Shown: positions 56,374 to 64,000 of the stretch, in pieces
Numbering within the stretch: the stretch's first letter is position 1
Layout: each line of letters starts with the position of its first letter
Origin: a virus
Direction: 5' to 3' (one strand)
Virus record (IMG/VR): IMGVR_UViG_3300003873_000007
Span: 1 to 64,000 of that record
Length of the DNA stretch: 64,000 nucleotides
Translations under genes and position numbers: made by a program
The notes under the pieces: model-generated
What the model was told of the DNA's origin: nothing
Database searches by the model: none
What the model saw: the letters and a program-made list of their open reading frames with translations, nothing else

Positions 56374-56723
56374 TGTTTGATTACAAAAAACAAGTTCAAC
56401 ATAATGAGGGTAAACATTTTAAGTTTACTATTGATAGAGAACACAACCTTAGAATTAAGATACCTAAAGGAGCAAAAGAAGAAGAAGAAATAATTTGGAT
56501 AGAAAAATGTCAAATAATTCAGTCCATGTTAGAATCTGAAGATATTCAATTTACACTTCGAATGAAAACATCTCATCCAAACAATTTAACTTTTAACTTG
56601 ATGTCTCAGCATGGACCTAAAAACAAAAAGTTTACAATTAGTAGATATAGTATTGATTTATCTGATAATACAATACTAAAATTAGATGTTCCAGACGAAC
56701 TAAAATACAATAAGGAAATATGA
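56373..56723 (+). CDS. Hypothetical protein, paralogue of the previous ORF
   Basis: WIEKC.II, D..DNT shared. Confidence 0.65.
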   Translation: MFDYKKQVQHNEGKHFKFTIDREHNLRIKIPKGAKEEEEIIWIEKCQIIQSMLESEDIQFTLRMKTSHPNNLTFNLMSQHGPKNKKFTISRYSIDLSDNTILKLDVPDELKYNKEI

Positions 56724-57838
56724 TGAAAAGAATGATTAAGTATAATGATATAAGAGATTTTAAAAGTGCTACTATAAATTTAAAAAAGCAACTTAAATAT
56801 GAAGGTGTTATAACTGCACCTATTTGTGAAGTAACATTCACTGAAAAAATACATGGTACAAATGCAGCAGTATGTTATTCTGAACCAGATGGTTTCTGGG
56901 TACAAAGTAGAGAGCGAATATTAACGATTGAATCAGATAATGCTGGGTGTGCATTTGCTGCTTATTCTATTAAAGATGTATGGATATCTTTACTCAAAGA
57001 GTTAGCAATTTATCATAATATTGATTTAAATAATAATATTATTAGCCTATATTATGAGTGGAGTGGTGGTAGAATTCAACAAAAATCTGCAGTAACTGGT
57101 TTATCGAAAAGAAGTATTATTTTTCAACATTTTAAAGTGTCTCCACTTGAGCCATTATATGATGAGCATAATGAAATTTTACGAACCGATGAACAACCAT
57201 CCCGTTGGTTACCTACTATTATAGCAGAGGAAAAGGTTCAAGGAACAATAGGAATAGAAACAAGATTTTTATATGCTGCAAATGAAGAACATAATATTTA
57301 TAATATTATGAATTATAAAGTCTGGTACTATAGAGTCGATTTTAACACACCGTTGTTGTTTAATAATACATTTAATTCGTTAGTTTCTGAAATTGAAAAT
57401 GAATCTCCTATTGGAAAAGAAATGGGTGTTGAAAATAATATAGGTGAAGGAATTGTTGGAACATTCAAATATAACGATACTTTATTTAAATTTAAAGTAA
57501 AGGGTGAAAAGCATCAAAATAGTAAAATTAAAAAGTTGAAAGTAGTAGATGAAGCTAAAGAACAAGCAAAAAACACATTAGCTGAAAAAGTAGCAACCGC
57601 TGGTCGATGTGAGCAAGCGTGGCAATATGTATTTGGGATCGAAAATGAAAAAGCTGAGCCTTCTAAAAAAGGTTTAGGTGATTTTATGCGATGGATACAT
57701 AAGGATATTATGAAAGAATGTATGGATGATTATATAGAAGCTGAGATTGCACCAAAAGAGATTAATAATAGAATTAGTCAAATTGCTAGATCATGGTTTG
57801 AAGAAGAATTATTAAAAGAATCACAAAAGGAAATTTAA
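56720..57838 (+). CDS. RNA ligase, Rnl2-like
   Basis: Motif I TEKIHGTNA, YYEWSG, GEGIV, FKVKG. Confidence 0.85.
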   Translation: MMKRMIKYNDIRDFKSATINLKKQLKYEGVITAPICEVTFTEKIHGTNAAVCYSEPDGFWVQSRERILTIESDNAGCAFAAYSIKDVWISLLKELAIYHNIDLNNNIISLYYEWSGGRIQQKSAVTGLSKRSIIFQHFKVSPLEPLYDEHNEILRTDEQPSRWLPTIIAEEKVQGTIGIETRFLYAANEEHNIYNIMNYKVWYYRVDFNTPLLFNNTFNSLVSEIENESPIGKEMGVENNIGEGIVGTFKYNDTLFKFKVKGEKHQNSKIKKLKVVDEAKEQAKNTLAEKVATAGRCEQAWQYVFGIENEKAEPSKKGLGDFMRWIHKDIMKECMDDYIEAEIAPKEINNRISQIARSWFEEELLKESQKEI

Positions 57839-58380
57839 TGATAGTATTTGATGGAGAAACCTGCGAAGATAAAATTATCTTCGCAGAGGATATGGTTAGA
57901 AAATATAAGTATGATTCAATGACTAGATTAAAAGGTAGATTAGATTTTGATGAAGCTTTTGAAAGAATGGTTGATTCAAGAATCTATGACGGCCGTAGAT
58001 TTATTTTTGCATTAATTGATATTAATGGTTTAAAATATACAAATGATAATTTTGGATACTTAGCAGGTGATAAATTAATAAAAAAAGTTGCTTATAATCT
58101 ATCAGAAGAGTTTAAAGATATTGCAACAATTTATAGATTTGGCGGAGATGAATTTGCATTATTGTGTACTGGTAATTTAACTCGTGTGATAGCAAAAGAA
58201 AAATTAAATAATATTAATTCAGATAAACATTTTTGTTACGGTATTATGGATTCAGAAGAAGTAAATTGGAAAGATCATAATTATAGATCAATTTTTACAT
58301 TTGTAAATAATTTATTAGTGGATAAGAAATCACAATTTAAAGAAGATAATCAAAATAATCAAAAATATAATAGGATATAA
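57838..58380 (+). CDS. GGDEF-domain diguanylate cyclase
   Basis: IDINGLKYTNDNFGYLAGDKLI; YRFGGDEF. Confidence 0.9.
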   Translation: MIVFDGETCEDKIIFAEDMVRKYKYDSMTRLKGRLDFDEAFERMVDSRIYDGRRFIFALIDINGLKYTNDNFGYLAGDKLIKKVAYNLSEEFKDIATIYRFGGDEFALLCTGNLTRVIAKEKLNNINSDKHFCYGIMDSEEVNWKDHNYRSIFTFVNNLLVDKKSQFKEDNQNNQKYNRI

Positions 58381-58382
58381 AA

Positions 58383-59549
58383 ATGGTAGATACAATATTA
58401 GACGTTCAAGAAGTACAAGAAGTACAAGAAGTACAAGAAGTACAAGAAGTACAAGAAGTTCAAGAAGTACAGAACCTTTTAAACATTAATGATATTAAAG
58501 ACCGATATAATGAATATATAAAAAATTCATATGTTTCAGATTCAATTGGTGATGTTTTAGATATTCCTGGTATTCAGGAAATTGAAAAAATAATTCAAGA
58601 TTTTTATAACAGATTAGAAGGTACTACTTCAGAAAGAGAAGTAACAACCTTTGAAAAAACGCTTGAAAAAACGCAAGAAATATTAATTTCAATCCCTTAT
58701 GTTGAAAAATTTATAGAAAAGGATTACAAAGAAACAAAAAAAAATAATAATGATAAAAAATCTACACAAAAGATTCTACATGAAATGTTTGATTTTTTTA
58801 CTAAAAAAAGCGAAGAATTAGAAAATAATTATAAAAAAGCTTTAGAATTAAAAAGCTTTTTATTAGAAAAGGAAAAAACTTTATCCGTTTTTTCAAAAGA
58901 AATTAAACAAGTAATTTTAGCATCGAATGAATCAATGGATAAAATTACAGCTATTAAACTTGGAGGAATAGTTGAAAGTAATTATTTAAAAACAAAAGAT
59001 AAAATATATAATAAAATTGATTTTATTTTGCAATTTATAGAAGAACAATTAACAAACATCGCAGCTTCAATGCCTAGTATTGAAGCTAGTTTAGGAGAGG
59101 ATACTGAAATTAGTAAATTTTTAGTATCTGTAGCAGAAATGAATAAATCATTTAAAGCATTGACAACAGTAAGTAATAAAGTTGGTAGAATGTCGAGTGA
59201 AGCAGTTTTAAATTTAATAACAGAAGTTAGTGACTCTATGGGTGAAACCATCGACATAGATCATATGCGAAAATTAGAAGAAACTAATAAAAAATTTACG
59301 AGACAAATAATTTCAAGCACAGAAAAAAAGATTATGTCGGATGCTAATACATATGCAGAGATGATGAAAATAGGAGAGTCTTTAGATAATAATATTTTAG
59401 AATATACGACATCAAATGCGAAAATGTTGAAACATGCACATAAAAAAATTGATGGTATAGATAAAGTCATTGCGTCCAAGAATGAGACAATACATACAAA
59501 TGACAGCTTAAAAGGTTCAACTGAACCTTTAGTGTTTAATGATGAATAA
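58383..59549 (+). CDS. Helical coiled-coil protein, possibly TelA/KlaA-like
   Basis: 388 aa, all-helical; size and pattern only. Confidence 0.45.
   Translation: MVDTILDVQEVQEVQEVQEVQEVQEVQEVQNLLNINDIKDRYNEYIKNSYVSDSIGDVLDIPGIQEIEKIIQDFYNRLEGTTSEREVTTFEKTLEKTQEILISIPYVEKFIEKDYKETKKNNNDKKSTQKILHEMFDFFTKKSEELENNYKKALELKSFLLEKEKTLSVFSKEIKQVILASNESMDKITAIKLGGIVESNYLKTKDKIYNKIDFILQFIEEQLTNIAASMPSIEASLGEDTEISKFLVSVAEMNKSFKALTTVSNKVGRMSSEAVLNLITEVSDSMGETIDIDHMRKLEETNKKFTRQIISSTEKKIMSDANTYAEMMKIGESLDNNILEYTTSNAKMLKHAHKKIDGIDKVIASKNETIHTNDSLKGSTEPLVFNDE
58404..58472 (+). repeat. 9-bp tandem repeat encoding (VQE)n
   Basis: CAAGAAGTA units. Confidence 0.9.
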
Positions 59550-59569
59550 TAAATAATAAGGAAACAAAA

Positions 59570-60139
59570 ATGATTTATACAGAAAAAGAAATTGCACAAT
59601 TATCAGAAGAAGAACTAATGGATATTATATCAATTATATTAATGAATGGTCAAATATTATACTTTGATCAAGTTTTTTCAATTGATGAAGAATCAGTTAT
59701 TTTAAAAAATGATGAGCGAATTTATTTTTCAAATGATGAGAGTAAAAAATCAACTATTGAAAAATATAAAAAATATAAAATGTTTACAATCATTCATGAT
59801 TCACGTGAACGAGTAAGCACTTTAAAATTAGCAGAGAACCATTTAGAAGAAATGATGAATAAGAAGATTAATAAATTTGATAAAATGGCTCAAGAATCAA
59901 CAAAATTGATGACTGATACAATGATCAAATCTATTTCAAATATTAAAACCTTTTTAATACAAGAAATTGATCCATCTATAAAAAGATTAAATAATATATC
60001 TATTCAACTAGAGAATGAATTACATTCAAAACTTCCTGAGATAAATAGACAAATTTCTAATATAAAAACTGATGAGTTGAATATTATATTAGATAAATTA
60101 GGAAATATAACAAAAATGTTACATGAAGTAGTTGAGTGA
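59570..60139 (+). CDS. Hypothetical coiled-coil protein
   Basis: 189 aa, AAGGA RBS. Confidence 0.7.
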   Translation: MIYTEKEIAQLSEEELMDIISIILMNGQILYFDQVFSIDEESVILKNDERIYFSNDESKKSTIEKYKKYKMFTIIHDSRERVSTLKLAENHLEEMMNKKINKFDKMAQESTKLMTDTMIKSISNIKTFLIQEIDPSIKRLNNISIQLENELHSKLPEINRQISNIKTDELNIILDKLGNITKMLHEVVE

Positions 60140-60876
60140 TGTCATTTTTTGATAATATTGTAAATCCTTTTAAAAAAGATTTACGTTTAAAACTGTTAGA
60201 TCAAATCCATTTTTTAAAAAAAGAAAAATTTGAAACAATATCATTAGCAGTTGATGACTTAGTTAATGACGGTTTAAAAGAAGCTATATTAAATAAAATT
60301 GATGAAGATTTATCTTTATTGATTTTTGCTTTAGATAAAATAAATGCAAAGTACAATAACACGTATACCAAGCTATCAGATTTGGATTGGTATGAAAAAC
60401 ATAGAATGCCATTTGAAGCGAAAGGTATTTTATTAAATATTAAACATAATGATGAAACAAAATTTTTTAAAATGTTAGATTTAAAAAAATTCATTGATCA
60501 TGTTGATATAAAAATCAATTTAAATAATAACCTAAAATTTTTTGAGAAAAGTAAATTGTCAAAAAAAATGACATTGTTATATTTTCGAAAAATGATTCAA
60601 AAAATAATAGATGAATACGGATTTAATATCGAGGAGACTTGTAATATATGGATAAATGATAATATAAAAAAATCTGAATTTAATAAAAAAATGATGATTG
60701 AATATCTAAGAAATGTCCTTTATGCTATAGCACTATATGATTATTTATTATATAGAAATGTGAATGTATTACAAAATACTGTAATACACGAAATTGATAA
60801 TGCTGATTTTTTAATCAATTTTATATTAAATTGTAACAATTTTAAAGCAATGGTTTTTGTAAGGAGAGAAAAATGA
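60136..60876 (+). CDS. Hypothetical protein
   Basis: 246 aa, coupled. Confidence 0.7.
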   Translation: MMSFFDNIVNPFKKDLRLKLLDQIHFLKKEKFETISLAVDDLVNDGLKEAILNKIDEDLSLLIFALDKINAKYNNTYTKLSDLDWYEKHRMPFEAKGILLNIKHNDETKFFKMLDLKKFIDHVDIKINLNNNLKFFEKSKLSKKMTLLYFRKMIQKIIDEYGFNIEETCNIWINDNIKKSEFNKKMMIEYLRNVLYAIALYDYLLYRNVNVLQNTVIHEIDNADFLINFILNCNNFKAMVFVRREK

Positions 60877-61166
60877 ATTCAGAGATAATTATTAATATTG
60901 TGGTGCTTGGATGGATTTGGAATTTTATTATATTTTTGAAACATTCAGCAGATATCGGAAGATATATGAGTTACAAGGATGATGCGCGATTGGATAATTT
61001 ACCAATGAATAAGATTATTAATAAATTATATACGAAAGGATATATACCATATTATACATTATTTAAATATAAATCTTTTCGAAAAAGATTATTTGAATAT
61101 CAAGAAGATTTTCCGAACGCGGATTCAATTGATTATTTATATTATATTATAACTAAAAAGGATTAA
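60873..61166 (+). CDS. Hypothetical membrane-anchored protein
   Basis: AAGGAG RBS, N-terminal TM. Confidence 0.65.
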   Translation: MNSEIIINIVVLGWIWNFIIFLKHSADIGRYMSYKDDARLDNLPMNKIINKLYTKGYIPYYTLFKYKSFRKRLFEYQEDFPNADSIDYLYYIITKKD

Positions 61167-61168
61167 AT

Positions 61169-61498
61169 ATGTTTTTACAAAAAATTAAATACGAGTTAGA
61201 GATGATGAGTACTCTCGTATATTTATTAGGATTGTTATTGCTTAATAGTTATATATTAGATTTAAGCATCTTAACAATAGGAGGAGTGTTATTAATTTTT
61301 GGTTCAGTTTATGTATATATGGGAAATGTTTATTTTAGTATCATAAACTATACATTAGCGGATATGTGTTGGTTATATAATGCATATTCTAATCATGATG
61401 TTATAGGAACTGTGTCCGTGTCAATTGGGATATTAACAGGTTTTATAGTTACATATAAAATGAAATCAGGCGAGTTTAGAAAAAGCATAAGGAAATAG
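61169..61498 (+). CDS. Multi-pass membrane protein
   Basis: About 4 hydrophobic segments. Confidence 0.65.
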   Translation: MFLQKIKYELEMMSTLVYLLGLLLLNSYILDLSILTIGGVLLIFGSVYVYMGNVYFSIINYTLADMCWLYNAYSNHDVIGTVSVSIGILTGFIVTYKMKSGEFRKSIRK

Positions 61499-61499
61499 A

Positions 61500-61721
61500 A
61501 TGATTAGAGTATTATTTAGCATATTATTTATAGGCATTTTAGGTATTGAAACATATACTATATCAGTAGATCATAAAAATTTTGAAGCAACTCAAAAAGA
61601 TTTGATAAAATTATCTAAATATAACAATAAGTTGTTTAAATTAACTAAAAATAAACACAATGTTTATAAATTAACATCAATTGATGATAATACACATTAT
61701 ATTTTAAAAAGAGGTAACTAA
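61500..61721 (+). CDS. Small exported or membrane protein
   Basis: N-terminal hydrophobic segment. Confidence 0.6.
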   Translation: MIRVLFSILFIGILGIETYTISVDHKNFEATQKDLIKLSKYNNKLFKLTKNKHNVYKLTSIDDNTHYILKRGN

Positions 61722-62687
61722 ATGAAAAAATTTAAAAATGTTATTATAACAGAAATATCATACAAGCATCAATTAGAAGAAGTTTTTATATTTATAAATA
61801 CAAAATTTAATATTGGATTTAATCCTCAAGATTTAGAAGCATTATTCAATACTTTTTTGAATGAACACGATAATTCACAAATGAATTTTAAACTAAATTT
61901 CAAAGCAATTGAAAGCAAAGACTTATATAAAGCATTGACTCCTATACCAAAGGATATGAAATGTAAAGATTTTAAATATGTAAAATATTATAAATTAAAA
62001 TATCATGATAAAAGTGATACATATAAAAAATTAGTTGATCTTACAATGCAGTCGTGTCCTATATCAGAAAAACAAGACAAACTTAATTCAATAATGGAAA
62101 ATGAATTAACTGAAGAGGAACTTGATATATCATTGTTGATAGATAGAGTTTTAAAATTGAATAGAAAAATTGATATATATAATAAATATATTGAAAAGAT
62201 GTTAGATACAAATGAATTTGCAGCAAAAACGTTAGAAATTGTAAAACGTATTTCCAATAATGATAAAGAATTTTTATTAGGGATTATTGAGATTGGTAAT
62301 TTTGATTATACTGCACATGAATTAATATTAATTCTGCAATTAGATTATTTAAACGTTGATATATCAGAAAAAAATATATATTATGAAGGTACCGCGATGA
62401 TGGCTGATATATACATTAGACATAATTCTTACATTCATAAATTTGAAAAATTTATCCAGAACATAACAGATTCAGTAAATAATTTTTGTTTATTGCAATC
62501 TACTTTTACAATTGATTCCACACATGATATCAATCATACCGAACAATTCTTTTTATCTGATGAAGAATTTGAATGTGTTCTAAATAGACAATTTTATAAT
62601 ATTGAGCAAAAAGCTAATGTTATATTTAAAAATTTATATAAGCTTCTAGTTTTGTTAGAAGCTGATATTATAGCAAGGATAGATTAA
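61722..62687 (+). CDS. Hypothetical protein
   Basis: 321 aa, GAGGT RBS. Confidence 0.7.
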   Translation: MKKFKNVIITEISYKHQLEEVFIFINTKFNIGFNPQDLEALFNTFLNEHDNSQMNFKLNFKAIESKDLYKALTPIPKDMKCKDFKYVKYYKLKYHDKSDTYKKLVDLTMQSCPISEKQDKLNSIMENELTEEELDISLLIDRVLKLNRKIDIYNKYIEKMLDTNEFAAKTLEIVKRISNNDKEFLLGIIEIGNFDYTAHELILILQLDYLNVDISEKNIYYEGTAMMADIYIRHNSYIHKFEKFIQNITDSVNNFCLLQSTFTIDSTHDINHTEQFFLSDEEFECVLNRQFYNIEQKANVIFKNLYKLLVLLEADIIARID

Positions 62688-62688
62688 T

Positions 62689-64000
62689 ATGAAAGCAAAA
62701 GAATTATGGACAGTGATTGATACATTACAAAATACATCTGGTTCAAATGATAAAAAAGAATATTTAAAGAAATTTACAGGAAATGAAGTACTATACAAAT
62801 ATTTAAGATATGTTTATGATGAAGTTCATTATGTTTATGGTAAAAGTAAAGTTCCTGAAATTCCACAAGTAATAAATAAAGTTGAGGATGATTCAGAATT
62901 AGTTGAATTCTTTGAATTAATAGATGATATGAATTCAGGTGTATTAAAAGGTAATTTAGCTGACGAAGCAATGATAGATTATTGTATATTAAAAGATCTT
63001 TATTATGAAGATCTTTTATTTTACGTTGTTAAGCGCAATATAAAAGCGAATATAAACGCAAAAGGAATTAATGAGGTATTTGGTCATATTATACCTATCG
63101 CCTCGTATATGCGATGTGAGAGTGAATCATATATGAAAAAAAGAATTAGATACTCAACTAAAAATGAAAAAGGAGAGATTATATTACACGGAGCCTTAGC
63201 TGAATCAAAAGCTGATGGTGCATTTTTAAATACTCAAATTTTTAAAAATTATGATGACGTTGTATCAACTACTCGTTACGGTAGAGAAGTTCCTCCTGAT
63301 AAGTTTCTAAATACATTATCCGCAATTCCTGTACTATTAAAATGGGAAAATGATTATGTAATGCATGGTGAGTTATTATTAAAACATCCAGATGGTACAA
63401 TAATGGATAGACAAACTGGTAATGGAAAAATAAATAAATATATAAAAAGAAAGACGACTGAAATCGAATTACAAAAAAAGATAGACACAGCAAAAAGTGT
63501 AAAATCAGAAGTATCAGCAACTAAAAAATATAATGAGCATGTTAAAGAATGGGATTATATTTCTAAAAACTTAGTGTATGAAGTATGGGATCTTGTGTTG
63601 TTAGAAGATTGGAAAAATTTATATTCAGATGAAACTACCATAAAACGTTTTTTGCATGTTAAACAAGCTGTTGATTTATACAATGAAATGAAAAATATTT
63701 TACAATTAGATTTAGGAAATTGTGAATTGAGATTAATTGATCATAAATTAGTATTTAATGATGATGAAGCAATGATTTTTTATCAAGAGCAATTAGATGC
63801 TGGACTAGAAGGAATGGTTATAAAAAATTTAGATATTCCTTGGTGTCATGATGTAAATAGAGACGGTATTATAAAATTAAAAGATTTTAAAGAAAGTGAT
63901 TTTATAATTACTGGTATTAAAATGGCAGATGAAGATTCAGATTTTGCTGGAGGAATTGGTTCTTATATTATGGAATCAAGTGATGGTTTAGTTCAAGTAA
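62689..64000 (+). CDS. ATP-dependent DNA ligase (T4 gp30-like), partial at the right edge
   Basis: Read manually: MKAKELWTVIDTLQNTSGSNDKK..., ESKADG (KxDG), VMHGEL, RQTGNG, YEVWD, LEGMVIKN, IKLKD. Confidence 0.88.
   Translation, partial: MKAKELWTVIDTLQNTSGSNDKKEYLKKFTGNEVLYKYLRYVYDEVHYVYGKSKVPEIPQVINKVEDDSELVEFFELIDDMNSGVLKGNLADEAMIDYCILKDLYYEDLLFYVVKRNIKANINAKGINEVFGHIIPIASYMRCESESYMKKRIRYSTKNEKGEIILHGALAESKADGAFLNTQIFKNYDDVVSTTRYGREVPPDKFLNTLSAIPVLLKWENDYVMHGELLLKHPDGTIMDRQTGNGKINKYIKRKTTEIELQKKIDTAKSVKSEVSATKKYNEHVKEWDYISKNLVYEVWDLVLLEDWKNLYSDETTIKRFLHVKQAVDLYNEMKNILQLDLGNCELRLIDHKLVFNDDEAMIFYQEQLDAGLEGMVIKNLDIPWCHDVNRDGIIKLKDFKESDFIITGIKMADEDSDFAGGIGSYIMESSDGLVQV

Noticed and set aside
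2148-63520. Short antisense or overlapping ORFs in the track (e.g. 2148..2465+, 4844..5164+, 9678..9899-, 13349..13813-, 24464..24871-, 34377..34610-, 59261..59599-, 63269..63520-)
   Set aside because: They are shadows of well-supported genes on the opposite strand or frame, with no RBS or motifs.
1-64000. tRNA or rRNA genes, and structural virion genes
   Set aside because: No cloverleaf/T-loop signatures in the few intergenic gaps, and no recognisable capsid, terminase or tail motifs. tRNAscan-SE and HMM searches would be needed to be certain.

Overview
A very AT-rich, gene-dense 64 kb segment that looks like part of a jumbo-phage genome, read in standard code 11. The host may be Campylobacterota (weak inference from an LPP20-like gene and Hef-like homing endonucleases). 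Positions 1-6917 are a minus-strand block with pieces of one multisubunit RNA polymerase beta' subunit and a primase-helicase. After a repeat-rich divergent intergenic region (6918-7293) all genes are on the plus strand. These include many small accessory genes, two QueC homologues (one Gat-QueC fusion), RecJ, a probable clamp and clamp loader, a second RNAP (intact beta', split beta), T4-like topoisomerase II, RNA ligase, a GGDEF protein and a DNA ligase running off the right end. Main discovery: the catalytic DxDGD motif of the minus-strand beta' appears to be cut in two by a naturally split intein. One gene ends ...LYKPLGGD|S(IntN, 47 aa). A separate gene about 3 kb away, upstream in transcription order and beyond the primase-helicase, carries IntC...LKN|SDGD plus the next conserved beta' segment. 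The active site GGDSDGD could therefore form only by protein trans-splicing. Also notable: a dispersed 18-30 bp palindrome family, a three-copy ~35 bp putative phage promoter, a palindrome-delimited cassette array inside the topoisomerase locus, and an RNAP Zn-module grafted into an accessory protein. No tRNA, rRNA or CRISPR array was seen. All assignments come from motif recognition by eye; no database searches were run.
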